The notes beneath the pieces are model-generated. The model saw nothing but the letters and a program-made list of their open reading frames with translations, did no database searches and was not told the DNA's origin. From Paramecium tetraurelia (taxonomy: Eukaryota): a stretch of DNA of 64,000 nucleotides. The stretch is taken from NCBI GenBank assembly GCA_000165425.1, contig CT867994.1, forward strand, positions 62,001-126,000, read 5' to 3'. Below are positions 51,104-64,000 of this stretch, piece after piece (position 1 is the stretch's first letter; every line of letters begins with the position of its first letter). The translations under genes were made by a program, and so were the position numbers.

Positions 51104-52187
51104 ATAACTTTAATTAATTTTATTTCAGTTGATATATTTCATTTTAAAGAGCAAATCTCCACCAATCGGAATTCCTCCTTTTATAAGATAACCTAAATCT
51201 TTTTGACCTTACTCTATTGTATTAAAAGATCATCACCCTTTATTATTATTGTTCTCTCCTTTATTACTTAAATGTAGTCATTCAGTTTATAACCTATCAA
51301 ATGTTTCTAACAATTTACATTATTAATTCTATTTTATTCATTTTCTTATTCTTATTTATCTGAAGATTTTTCTTTTTTAAGCCTTCCTCATGCTAGGAGT
51401 ACTATTTCTTTTATTTTTATTCAATTCAATTTAATTCAATAATCTAATCAATCTATCTTTATTTATTAATTCCAGTTAATAGAATCTATTTTGTACTTTA
51501 CCACTTATCTCTCAGAGACCATCTCCTCAATAATTTTAGGTTTTCAAAATAAGTTTCTAAACAATTAATAAATTTCCCATTCGAGCCAAAACTTGCAACA
51601 CTTCTTGTAAATCTTTGCATACTTATCAAAAAAAAATAATCTGTATCCAAATAAAATTCCCCTTATTTTACATTAATTAATTTCAATAATGAAAATTCGT
51701 TAACCATTTTACCATCCTGTAGTACAACAATTACAAGGTCCCACCTAATATGTTTCTTTTGCATCTCCAAGTCAAAGGTTTTCACAGGGATAACGACTTG
51801 CCTCTCCCACTTCTTAATAAATTGATTACCAAAGATTAAGAAATGCCTAGTCAATTTAACAAAGCGCTTATACCAATAAAATGAATGAGGAGACACCTTA
51901 GCACATGATCACAAAGAGACCTCATATCAAAATGCCTTAATAAGGAGTGTAGGTTTCTCAATCTCAATCATTTTCTTATAATCCTTAGATGATGGTAAGT
52001 CTAATCAAAGAGAATTAGGAGATAAAGGCTAAAATTAATGAGAAGGAGAAGTAACTCACTCTTTTACAATAAGAAATAGCTTTGTATGAAAAATAATGAT
52101 GATTATATAATTTTATAAATTAAATGTACTCAAAAACATATATATACATTAGAAAGTATTATAAATTTATATGTATCTTAGAATCAT

Positions 52188-54556
52188 TCATGAAATGGGT
52201 TTTTTAGAACTATCTAAGAGGCTATCGTCATTAAGAAAATCAAATCCATTCTTATCAAACTCCTCTTAATCGAATTGTGAATTAAATGTTTAAATAACCT
52301 CCTTATTAGTCAACATTTCTTATTTAAATGTTTCAAGATTGAATTTCAATTTCTCATTTTCCCATTAGAGAGCACCCAATTAGGCTTGCAATTGTAAAAC
52401 CTAGTCATTGTCTTAACTCTCTTAAATTTACTGAGTTAATTTTTAAATTTTGTTTTATAAATTCTAATTTTATTATTTTAGCTCTCTCTTTTCATCTTCC
52501 GATTACTTTAGATTCCCTTAAATTTTCAACTTTCTTTGAGGATGTGCTGATTAGAACAATTACAAAGGCACTTAACCAAACTCTGTCACTTAGATCTCTA
52601 GAGCCTACCTTTCAATATCAGTTTTGCATTTGTCCCAATTCACATTCTCTGCATAAGTGTAAGGATAGAATAAATTATCATTTTAAATTGCTTCATTTCC
52701 AGATGCCTTATTTCCAAAAATCAAATCAATCCACAAAGGGAGATTGGCTTGAACATATGGACTCTCCAAAGCAATCCTCATTTTGGCTAAGAAGTCTGGA
52801 GCATTATCTGCCCATGGAGGAATGACTGCATCATCAATCACCTCCCCATCTTATGTTATGCCCAATTCTAATTTATCACAATTAACTAAAAAGTCACTAT
52901 CCAATCCATAAAATCTTAGATATCAATAATCAAATACTCTGGTATAAGTTCTTTAGAATCAGCATGGAGATTGAGAGTGGTGAACCAAGTAGAATCGATG
53001 CCTCTGAATATTCTGTCAGTGGGTCCAAAGACTCCATTTTATAATTTAATTACAAATTCAGGGATTTTTCTGATCATATAGTAAACAACAGTTCCAGGAC
53101 TGGAATAATGTGTAGGGTATAGATAAGGTTTGGGATCTTACTTCTTATCCTTCAATTGATCTTTGTAGAATGCCTACACGATTATGATGATGAGATTACT
53201 TTATATTTTTAGAGTCTATGCTTATTGAGGGCACCCATGGGCTTAGACAGATCCCGAAAAAAAGTGGGAGAATTAACATTAAAGTCTTTCTCATTGTATT
53301 CAGCAATGACCCATGGGAATACTGGATAGGCAGAGAGGTCATTAAAGCTTCTATTGGCGAGAGTGTTTAAGGCCATCAAATAATCAAAATTAGACATGTT
53401 ACCATTAGTCCATTCTTCGGCGATTTTTTCTTTAGTCAAGGCTGAAAGACAATGCTTCGATGCTTTTTTCTGGAAGTATTTAAACACAGATTCTTACGTA
53501 GTTTGGTCATCAAAGACAAAAAGGTAGGATCTTTTTTTATTGTACATCCAGAATTCGATTCCATTGTTTTTAAACATATACCTATACTTGAGAAAATATT
53601 TGATATCAGTGAACATGAATTATAGGGTCTTGCCTGATGGTGAATTAATCAATGGGATGAATTGCAAGATTTCTTCTCTTTGAATACTGAATAATCCAAA
53701 GATTGATCCTTCAGGTTTGATAAGTTTGACTAATCATTTGAATACATACTTACCTTTATGAACGAATTCTATTTTGTGGCCTTCAGATCCAACATTTTGT
53801 TTGTGTTCTACTAGACTATCATTCAAGGTTTGTTGGATTGTTTGGTTAATGAATGTGAATTCGTCTTCCGCCTAATTGATTCCCTGGTACAATTTGAGGA
53901 ATCGGATAAGGATCTGTTTGGAATTGGATTTGGAGATAGTAAATAAAATGTTGTCGTCGCACTAAATAGAGAGAATTAGATATTGTTTTACAGTTTCGGT
54001 GATGTATGGACTAATGGGATTGCGATTAACGATGAACAGTTTGTCGACCTTTATGAAGAAGCAGTTGCATGAGAGTTATATAGTGTTCTTGCGGTTTCTA
54101 TTGTAAAGTTTATCTAAGAGTTCATTCGATTTCTAATTTAGTAATCAATAATAGTAGAAACTTATTCTCCCTTCTATTGATTTAAAATTGATGCTAAATC
54201 GAGTTGATCGATATCCTCCTGCATTAACTGAGGGCCCCAACGAATGCTGAGTAGAAGACCAAGTGATTTGGGTTCGAAATTTTTGATGACTTTCATAAAG
54301 AGCCCATTGCTGTACTTCATTTTCATTAGTGGCAACTACGATGATTTGGGCTCGAAAACCAATGAACGTGAACAGAGATGCAATTTGCCTCGAATTCTGA
54401 ATTTGGAATCGACATATACAAATTATGTTACTCATCGCTTCTTGCACTGGGTATTAGTGCCACTTTGAGGGAGAGGAAATATTACTCTTGTGTCTCCAGA
54501 TGCAGCAGATTGAAACTCTTGTTGGGCTTCTTGATTGAGTTGATGGAGGGGAACAT
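52188..54556 (-). CDS. FAN/NSMAF-like BEACH-domain protein (no WD40 tail)
   Basis: N-terminal SFNLLHLETQEQYF and RGKLHLCSRSLVFEP (FAN-like PH/GRAM), PH-BEACH (KYRYMFKNNGIEF), BEACH WTNGNMSNFDYLMALNTLANRSFNDLSAYPVFPWV, RDLSKPMGALN, THYSSPG, WIDLIFG, EFGQVPLQLF. Confidence 0.9.
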
Positions 54557-54718
54557 TTTAAATTAATTAATTGGTTAAATTATATGTGAATAGATGATGA
54601 TCATATTTGTATGTCATTCATTTGATGTGAATTCAGGAAAGCACTCAACTCTAAATTAGGTGTTGATATTGGCTAATTTATTGCTAAATATTTTTTAATA
54701 ATTATTATTCTAATAGCC

Positions 54719-57700
54719 ATGTCTAATGATTATGAAAAAAAGAGGTCTGCCCTAACAGTGTCCACAGCGTCTATCGATGCATATTCTGATGAGTTGAAAA
54801 GGATCGAAAACAAAAATGATGTACAACCCATGAAAGGATGGATGAAGAAGAAAAGCCCTGCTCTCCTCAAGGGTTGGCAAAAGCGTTACTTCATGCTCAT
54901 TGAGAACATGCAGGAAGGCCCCTGGAAATTGGTGTATTTTGATAATGATGTAAGTCAATAACTTGAATGTAGAAAACCGACACTAAGCCTAATGGTGCTT
55001 TTGATTTATCATCCATTACCTCCATCAATTAGATCTCCAAAAAAGAATTCACCATTTAATTCCCTGGCCGAAATCTAGAATTAAAAGTTAAAACTCCTGA
55101 ATTGTGTCAATAATGGATTGCCACTCTTAACGGTCTCAGAACAGCAACTTCCCCTCAGAGAACAAAGAGATAAGTCAGCATGGATTCAGTAGTTAAGATG
55201 GCAGATGAAAGTCCCACCAAGTGTATGAATTTTCTCATCTTGTAGTATAAAACCACAAGATTGTGGATACGTATACAGCCCAATAGGCACAAGTCTATAA
55301 GGAGAGGCAACGCAATTCTCTGCTCATCGACTTGTCCAAGGGAGATAAGAAGATTAAGGAGAAGCAAAACACCCAACAATTATCAAATGAGAAGATGCTT
55401 GAACTAATTGGTTTGAAAGAATTCATCAAAAATATGAATGAGCAATTTGTCTATCAAAGAATGATCTACGGCTATTTGGGTAAAAGAAGCAAAGGAAAAG
55501 TAAAGTACTTTTAAAAAAGATGGTTTATTCTTGTATCAGCCAAACCTTTGGTATTTATTATTTAGATTCCTAGTATTCAGATTACAATGATGAAAAGATA
55601 TTGCAGGAATCCCAACTACCCCCCTGGCTAGAATTAGATACTATTACTTATTTCAAACAGAAGGAAGAAGGGAAACCTCCAAAAGCTAAGGGTGACGTGA
55701 AAATGTTGGATTGCCAAGAAATTATAATCAAGAATATGTCCAAATCAAAGGAAAGTGGCTACACCTTCAAATTAAACATGGGAGACAGATTATATCATCT
55801 GATGGCTGATTCTGAATTAGAACGTACTAAGTGGCAAACTGCCTTGAGTGCATCTATCAGGATAACCAAAGAAATTAATAACCCTTTAAAAATTAAAATT
55901 AAAAAGAACATTGACCCCTTAATCCAATTATATGACGAAGAAACTCAATTGATAGCAAGAAGAGAAAAGATTAGACAGAAATTAGAGTAGGATATTGCAG
56001 CCATCTTGAAAGAGGAGGACGTTGATCTAAATAAGCTGATTAGTTAATTGACTGATTTGAGATAAGACATGTTGGAGTCGATGTAAGCAAGCATTGTGAA
56101 AGACCCCTAAAGAAAGGACATTGTAAAGGAATACACCGACATTTATCATGAAAAGATATGCGAAAGGATTACTAAGTTTTGGGATCAGAATTACATGAAA
56201 TTACAAGTACTATTTAATTCTAACTTTCATAGTCTCCAGAATTATTACTCATAGGATAATGGTTACATGATTATTTATTACAGATGAAGGATTTCTTTAA
56301 TGATGATCGCATTCTCTTGGGAGTTGGAGTGCTTCTGAACATCTATGTGAATCGATCTCTTGAAAGTATGGAATCAGTCATCTATTAAATAATTGAACAG
56401 GAAAGAATTCAAGAACCATTCTTGAATGATCAAGAATAACTAGTTACTTAAACTCCAGTTGATTTGTTCAAGATTATAAACGAAGGCTTCGATATGGCAT
56501 ATAAATTATGTTCATGCAAAGAAACTGTAATTAGATTCGGAGGTTTTGGCAAAGTTATCCTATAATAGTATTAAGGAGGGATTCAAGAAATCATTGATGA
56601 ATATTAACTCTCCGTTGCTAAGTTTGTTGCCATATGTAACAATACATTGGCTCTGCATGATAATACAAAACAATATTCAAAACGACTCTAATCTTTTGGC
56701 AATTTAAGTGATGAAGAGGTTGAAAAAGTATTTGATGGACAAAAAATCACTAAGAATTTTGTTTAAATTGCCAGCAATTGCAGAGAAAGAATCTTCATAT
56801 TTTATTTCAGTCGCGTTGGTACTCATTTTAAAAAGCCTTATCTCGAAATTAAGATCATAGACACTCTAAAATCCATAATAGAACCAGCCACAGAAGCTTT
56901 ATCACAATTGCACGACAGTTTTAGTAGAAAACTCTGGAAGTAACTCACTGATTCCATTATACTCTACTATTTTAATTAGTTCATTATTTCTTGCAGCAAG
57001 GCAAAAAAGGAATAATAAAATGAATTCATTAGAAAATTAGAAAATGATAAAGAAATCTTATACTAAGAACTAGAAACATTTATATTTGAGAAGTAATTAT
57101 AAGCAACTCTAAAGCCTTTTGATGATATGATATCATTCTTGAATGAAGAATCTCTAAGTATTTTAGACCCATGCAAAAGCTTAAGGTAGTATTTTGGTAG
57201 GGCATTTTCTGAAAAAACTATCAAGTCTATTATGACTCTAAGGTTTGATTTGGACAAGGAACAAAAGAAAGATACTATCGAAATCTGTAAGAATCTAATA
57301 GAGGATATCAACAAAACCTAACCTATCGAAGAAGACACTGTTAGAATAATGGATTTCTTGGGTTAAGAGGATGAAGAGTAAAATAGCACCCAAATGCAAT
57401 AGCAAGAACAAGTTTAGAGAAGAGCAGATATCCGATTAGATTTTAATGACAATGAAATTTAATCAGTATATATATCAATTAATATTGTAGATCCCTTAAC
57501 AGTAGTAAAAGCGAACTTCAATTGAAAAAGAAGAATTCATAGATGAGGGTTATTTATATAAGAAGAAACCGAAATCAAAGGCATGGGATTATAGATTTGT
57601 TAGAATTAGAAAAGGGTTTATGTATTGGTATATCAACTCAAATTCAAGAGAAGCATAGAACAAAATCAATCTTCAAAGTGTAGATGAGGTCATTCCCAAC

Positions 57701-58234
57701 CCTAAAAAGTCTACCAATTTTAAGATCTAGTTAGAAGATTCTAAGATATATAAGTTTAAAACACAAACTAAAGAAGAATGTGAATTGTGGATCAAAACTA
57801 TATTGAAAGAACAGAATCAAACTGAAGTGGCAATCATCACTCTAGAAGCTATTGTATTATTTGTTATAATGCTAGTAAATTGGAAACGGGAAATTGCCAA
57901 TCATCAAAGATTATGATGAAATAGCCAGGAAGGAAAGACAAAGATAGAAATAAGAAGAAAGAAAAAGGAAAAGAATTGAGAAAGAAAACGAGTAATATAT
58001 ATCACTTATAATATAGATTAAAAAAGAAATAAATGGAATTGAAATTGCTGTAATAGCAGTAATTGAAAGAATTAGGAGATAAGCCATAACCTCATTAAGT
58101 AGTAGATGTATTTGAATAACAAAGGAAATCGGTATAGAATTGATGCGACATATTATTAGGGTGATTCCTCCAAAAAAACTACTTCTTGTTGGACTTCATT
58201 TTTGATAGCTTTAGGAGTTGAAAGACCTAAATGA
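54719..58234 (+). CDS. Multi-PH-domain protein with central Sec6/EXOC3-like helical domain
   Basis: PH1 MKGWMKKKSPALLKGWQKRYF, PH2 IYGYLGKRSKGKVKYFQKRWF...ERTKWQTAL, helical core (TPVDLFKIINEGF, FVAICNN), PH3 EGYLYKKKPKSKAWDYRFV...ECELWIKTI. Confidence 0.8.
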
Positions 58235-58347
58235 TTATTATCATAACTATTGATAATAACTATTTTACATAAACTTAGAAATTATACTTTTTTATTTCTA
58301 TTATTTTGTCATTTAAATCACATTTTTATTTGATAATAAAATAAAAA

Positions 58348-59696
58348 ATGAATCCAATATATATATGCTAAGAACCTTAATGCAATCTACAAACTTATCA
58401 TTCTGATCACACTTGTTTCGATGTACACAATTTAGATTGCTATTACAATGAATTCTTTAGTTCTAATATCATTTTGGATCTTAACTTTTATATTTCTCAA
58501 ATATAACTACTCAAACGCAGCGAATTGATCACATAAAAACTATGTTCTATGATAAACTGTAGATTCAATAATAAGAATATAATTTATTGTATAATGAATA
58601 TCATAAGCACAATCCAAATTGGAAAGTATTAGCTTAGAAATTGGAAATGGGAGCAAATGGACTGAAATTAAAGATTGAGTGTGCAGAGATACTCTTTAAG
58701 ATTGGAAATCTATCGAAATTATGCTAAAATTTTTATAATCAAAATACAGGAACAAAAAAATCTGATATCAGACTGAAAATCAAAATCAATACTCCAACTT
58801 AATCCCAAACAATAGAAGAGGAAATCAAATCTATTGAAGTTAAGGCTAAATTGCAAGAAATAATTTCTGTTAGAAATGCATCAGAAAATACAATCATCTA
58901 ACTCGAATAAATATAATCAGATTCAGCTCTGATTTTATTTGAAAACAATTTGTTGCTTAATTTCAATTTAAAATCACAGTGCATTAGGTAAGAAATACAA
59001 TGCAAAAAATTTGATTACTTTGACAAAAAAGTTGTAATCTAAAATAATAATCTGCTTCAATTCTATCTCTTTGAGCCTACAAAGAAGATGCTTGTTGAAG
59101 TTAGAGATTTGTAAGTCTTAGATGCCATTTGGTTCAAGTTAAGATAATTTGATTTGATTTACCAAAGTTCTAATTTGCATTTTTATAAAAAATCACTCCA
59201 AATCAATGAAGAAGTTCAAATACTTTAATGGAATTCGAATATTAAGACGATTAATTTTATATTTCAAAATAAATTAGCCTTATTCTACCAAAAATCATTT
59301 AATGTCTATAGTCTTAATAATTTAACCTAAATCGAATGGCATTTAAATATCAATGAGAATATTTAAGAAATCAAATAGAATAGCAATGATTATTTAGTAT
59401 TGATTGGTATGACTCAGTTGTATATGGTATCAATTGAGAAGAAATCTATAGTGAAAAAATTCACCTTCGAACAACCAAATTGCTTGATCATTCCTAGTCC
59501 TGCAATTCCATACTTGTTCCTGATTGCAAATAGCGGAAGTGTCTATTAATCAAAAATCTATTTTCACAACACAAAATAAATATTATCTAATATTGTAAGT
59601 CAACACCCCACCGCTATTTTCATGGATGATCAAACTATATTGATAGGCGATGATTTGGGATTCCTCCAAAGATTTAAATACTCCTTAGGAGAATGA
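58348..59696 (+). CDS. Hypothetical protein: N-terminal Cys/His cluster, coiled coil, beta-propeller-like C-terminus
   Basis: MNPIYICQEPQCNLQTYHSDHTCFDVH..., coiled coil, beta-strand-rich end (TAIFMDDQTILIGDDLGFLQRF). Confidence 0.65.
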
Positions 59697-59748
59697 GCAA
59701 TTTTTATTTTATTCTTAAAATATAACATATTTAAAAATCGATTAAATT

Positions 59749-60821
59749 ATGTTTAATTTTCTTTCAATCAATTACAAATAGGATGACTTTGTAAAAGGTT
59801 TTTAGAAGGAATCTTAAACTATAAATACAGGTTTGTGGATAGAACACTATAAAATTAAGTCCGGAAAAGATTTTAGTCTAATTGCCCTATAATAGATAAG
59901 TAGATTATATTAATATTATTAGATAATTAGGACCTTGAGATAGGACTCTATAAAATTACATCACATTTTGATTTAGATAAAAAAATTTATTAAAAGTTTT
60001 GCAAATATGAAGGAAAATACCAATATTGTAAAATATCGAAAAAGTTGGAAGATTTTTTCTTAATAATTAACTCAAATTCAAGTTTAATTCATTTCAACAT
60101 TCCCAATAATGAAGAAATTGAGATTAAAGCCAGATAAGACTATCTATTTGAAGGATTAAAGCTTGCCAATAATTAGTCAATCATGATTTTACTTTCAAGA
60201 AGCAAAGTAAAAAAGGATATTCAAATAGAATTAAGAAGTATCTAGAATTCAAAAGTATTGTTGTAAGTCTATAGTTTATGTTCGGATTGGAACTTAGAAC
60301 GTCTCTCTCTTTAAAAGATAGATCTAAATAATATGATTTCAGTTACTATGGAGCAACATCTTATCCAGGATTATGTAATATTTATCAAACACATAATCAA
60401 TAAAAAGATAGTAAAGACTCAGATAATTAACACCTTTAATAATCATTTTGTTGATAGCAAAATTTATACATTACAAGGCGTAGATTGTATGTTCTCTTTC
60501 AATAGCTATTCTAAAGTGTTTAAATTGTAAATTATGAAGCATCAAAAAATATTGAGATAATTGAATATGAGGTTGTGTGAATTTTACCATGTTGTTGATA
60601 AGAGAATGATTGTACTATGTGAAAAAGTAGGACTTTCAAGATTTAGAATATTTCGATACGATATAAGAACAGGAAATTAATTTGATTTTTGTTAAAATGA
60701 TGATGTTATTAGTAATATTTAAAAGTTGAAGTTGGAAATGAATAAATTATCTCTATGTAAATATATTTGGTAACCAAAAAATTAAGTTTAAGATTCAATG
60801 ATTAATTTGCAGAAGAATTGA
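59749..60821 (+). CDS. Hypothetical protein (beta-strand rich)
   Basis: ATG 59749, mostly open code-6 frame with a probable short intron near 59899-59922, TGA at 60819-60821; no recognised domain. Confidence 0.55.
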
Positions 60822-60983
60822 TGAATAATAAAAATTGAATTTAAAATAAATTAATTTTAATGTAAATTCTTCTCGTCAATCAATGTGAGGTATTATCATG
60901 TATTAATAAATTTATATTCAAATCATTATTATAGATTGAGATATGATGTTACATGTATATTATAATAAATTTAAATAATTATT

Positions 60984-62588
60984 ATGCTCCAAAGTAACTC
61001 TTTAAAAGATAGACTGAAATGCAAAATAGAGTTTGATTAAGAGGAAGAGAAGCCAGAAATACCTAGTCTGAGTCTAGTAGATGATGTGATAAAATTTGAG
61101 GATAGATATGATATTTTATAAGTACTGGGTAATAATGTGATTTATCTTCAGGCGAGGGAGCACATGCCATAGTAAAATTGGCAAGGAGGAAAGAAACCAA
61201 TGAGTTGTATGCAGTGAAAATAACAAGAATGAATAATGAAGAAATATATAATAATGTGAAGAGAACATTTTATAATGCTCGCTGTTTGAGACATCAAAAC
61301 ATTATTCAGGAAATTGAATTATTTATAAATGAAAAATATTGCAGGGCATGTTTGGTTATGGAATATTGTCCATTTCCAACATTGTAATAAATCCTAATAG
61401 AGAGAGGAACTTTGAGAGAGGATGAAACTAGATAAATCATCAAGCAGCTATTAATCACTATCCAATACATTCACAATAAGGGAATTAGTCATAGAGACAT
61501 TAAACCTGATAATATTTTAGTAAATTTAGAGGGTGATTGCGAATTAAAATTACTCGATTTTGGAGTTTCAAGACGCTTTTTATCTAAAAATAATCACATC
61601 GAAATGCTAACCAAAACAGGCCACATCTATTACTCTGCTCCGGAAATTTATCATCAACCACACTACTCAAAAGAAATTGATATTTGGAGTATTGGAGTCG
61701 TTATGTTTTAATGTATGACAGGTCAATTGCCATTGCATGAAAATACAATGAGCGATTAAATTCAATTGTTAAAAACCCCAGAATTATGGAATTTTAAGAA
61801 TAAGGTCAAGGATGAATCCCTTAGTGCTTAAAATCTATTATTTAGACTTTTATCAGCAGATCCAAAAAAACGGATTACTCCAATTGACGCATTAACGCAT
61901 CCATTCATTGAAAAAAATCACATTTATACAACGTTGGCTATGTTGTCATCAACAAAGTTATTTGAGGACGATGATGGATTTGCAAATAAGTGCAAGTCGT
62001 TATAGACCAGTTTATCGATTAATCAGAAATAGAATCTGCATCGAGCATTAAAGACTTTGCATCTTGGAATAGAATATTAAGACATAGTTATAGAAGACTT
62101 AATTTAGGAACTTGGGAATATTCATGTAGTTTAAAAAAGGAATGGAGAACATTATTCAGGTCTGATTTAATTAATTAATTCTCTTAGTAATAGTTCTGGC
62201 AACAATCAAACAGAAGTCTAGAATAGTAGTGGACAATGCAATTTAGAGATAGGCTCTTCATAAAGCATATGTATTGAAATATCTTATTAAATTAGTATCA
62301 ACTGAAAATTATACTTAAGATTGTTTTGGAGATCTTTGTAATATGTAATCTAGTGTCGATCTTGGTATTACAGGAAATACAGGAAACAATATTCAAAATG
62401 AGGAGAAGAAGAAATAATCATCAATCAACTAATTTGCAAACGAAATAGGTAGCAAGATCGAATGCAGTATCGACATTAATTTGGTTGAGTAAGAATTTGG
62501 ATCAAACAATAAATAAAATCAATTTATTTCAAATCTAGATGTTTTGGGAATAAAAGAATGTAAAGAGGAAGTAGAAAATACAATATGA
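60984..62588 (+). CDS. Ser/Thr protein kinase, CAMK group
   Basis: LG|EGAHAIV, YAVKI, HRDIKPDN, LDFGVS, TKTGHIYYSAPE, IDIWSIG, KRITPIDALTHPFI; low-complexity C-terminus. Confidence 0.93.
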
Positions 62589-62601
62589 TATGATTTATAA
62601 T

Positions 62602-63370
62602 TCATTTTTTCTTCATTTCTTGGTTTGTTACTAAATTAATAATAAATTTGGATTTATACGTTAACGAAGAATTCAGAGAATATTTATTTCATCTAAACTC
62701 CTTCTCCAAATCTAGGAGAGATTATAGTGATTGGTTTATTCCTGGGACTGTTCTAATCCAAAGTATTCACAAACCCTTGTGATGAATTAGCCTATTTAAA
62801 TATTTTTATGCCATTTTTATTTTACTTTTTTGGTACCTTATCAAATTAAGTTTTCTTTGTCTAAATTTAAAAAATGATTATTACAGGTCTGTATTTTTTA
62901 CCAGAAGAGGGTGATAATATTGGATTTCTTGATTGTTAGCAAATTTTGGGTTTCTAATTCGTAGGGGGTGAGACTGATTTTTGGGTGATTTCTGTATGAT
63001 AGGTGCGAATAGATGATTTCCATTCTTTTTCAATTGATTCTCCTCTTGGTTAATACTTTTTCAAATGGAAATCATTTCTGTGCATCATAGTTTCGTAGTT
63101 TTATGGTCCTCTTGAGCTATGGATATTCCTTTTAGGATCACTGATAGTATCGATATAACTATAGATAGTTTTTTTGAGAGAAGTTTTGTGTTGAGATTGA
63201 TTTCCAATCAATGCATTGTTATTAACAAGAACTTTTTAATTCAATAGTTGTGAGCTATTTATTTTATGATGTCCTTTGATTGACTTGCTGGATTCTTAAG
63301 GTTAATGGTTGCAATAAACACTATCAGTGATGTGTTTCAAACCAGAAATGTGAAGTGAATACACTGACAT
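62602..63370 (-). CDS. Hypothetical basic, Ser/Thr-rich protein
   Basis: ATG 63370 (MSVYSLHISGLKH...) to TGA 62602 in code 6; low complexity. Confidence 0.6.
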
Positions 63371-63390
63371 ATAATTAATATAATAAGTGA

Positions 63391-64000
63391 ATGGATTTTA
63401 AAACTCGATTCTAAGGGAGAACTACTACGATGGATAAAAATGGTGTTATTGGGATAGTATCAAGGGCTTCATAGCCAATCAATAAGTAAAGCGAGGCACC
63501 CCTCATCACAACCAACGTGAATACGTATTAAAATCCTCCATCATACTATTTTCAGAAGTTCCAAAGGAATGCTCAGAAAGTGTTATAATCGGATACGGAT
63601 ATCGATTTAACACCCTCAACGAGATCTGATTATCCATCTTATAAATTTAGACATGACTTCCAAAAATTGAATATGGATGAATATGAGATTGTTGCAATTC
63701 CTAAAAAGGCTTTGGAAGGTGAGAAATATTCAATGACTCACTCCTTTGTTCCACTCATGAATAAGGGAATGGGTTACATGCCGAATTCAAATGTGGCTCA
63801 GAGTTAGCAGCTGATGAAAACTCACTCGAATAACAGCTATTCAAGATAGTTGAAGAATGCGAATCCAATTCAGAATGCAAATCCTTTTATTTAGGCAGGA
63901 TACGGAGCACTGAAACAAAAATAGTTATATTTACAGAATCTAAAAAAGTGATTTTGACTAAGACTATTTATTGTTATAAATATCAAAATAGTTATAAGTT
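63391..64000 (+). CDS. Hypothetical protein, 3' end outside the window
   Basis: ATG 63391 (MDFKTRFQGRTTTMDKNGVIGIVSR...), open in code 6 to the window end. Confidence 0.65.

Noticed and set aside
51150..52080. PP2C-like gene on the minus strand (…TTGWQNG…)
   Set aside because: Only a vague motif resemblance, several TGA stops and no DGH motif; kept only as unassigned decayed sequence.
54594..54680. Possible box C/D snoRNA (ATGATGA) in the BEACH/PH intergenic gap
   Set aside because: No CTGA box D or terminal stem; the motif is expected by chance in AT-rich DNA.

Overview
Gene-dense, very AT-rich eukaryotic DNA from a ciliate macronuclear genome, almost certainly Paramecium. TAA/TAG encode Gln (translation table 6), TGA is the only stop, introns are tiny (~21-30 nt GT..AG) and intergenic gaps are often <40 bp. 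The supplied standard-code ORF track is therefore fragmentary, and many of its ORFs are wrong-frame or antisense. Re-reading by hand in code 6 gives ~35 protein genes, one tRNA-Arg(CCG) and a few decayed, pseudogene-like segments. Recognisable products: a Cys-rich, probably GPI-anchored surface protein, two CNBD channel-like proteins, CCDC47-like, Sua5, sorting nexin, FabD, DBP2/DDX5, DHHC PAT, TMEM43-like, C2/DUF1765, tesmin/CRC, SMC3, PPAT, Pierce/CFAP182-like, profilin, truncated haemoglobin, two CAMK-type kinases, two MORN proteins, FAN/BEACH and PH-Sec6-like. Highlights: (1) a myosin-IQ-RCC1 protein whose motor has lost P-loop, switch I and switch II (pseudomyosin); (2) an in-frame fusion of eukaryotic-type PPAT with an HD-family phosphohydrolase; (3) channel-like genes lacking GYG but carrying a CCHC zinc knuckle; (4) an apicomplexan-style hairpin insertion in profilin; (5) divergent ATGs only 7 bp apart. 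CDS coordinates are start-to-stop spans that include introns and were derived by eye. No database search was run.
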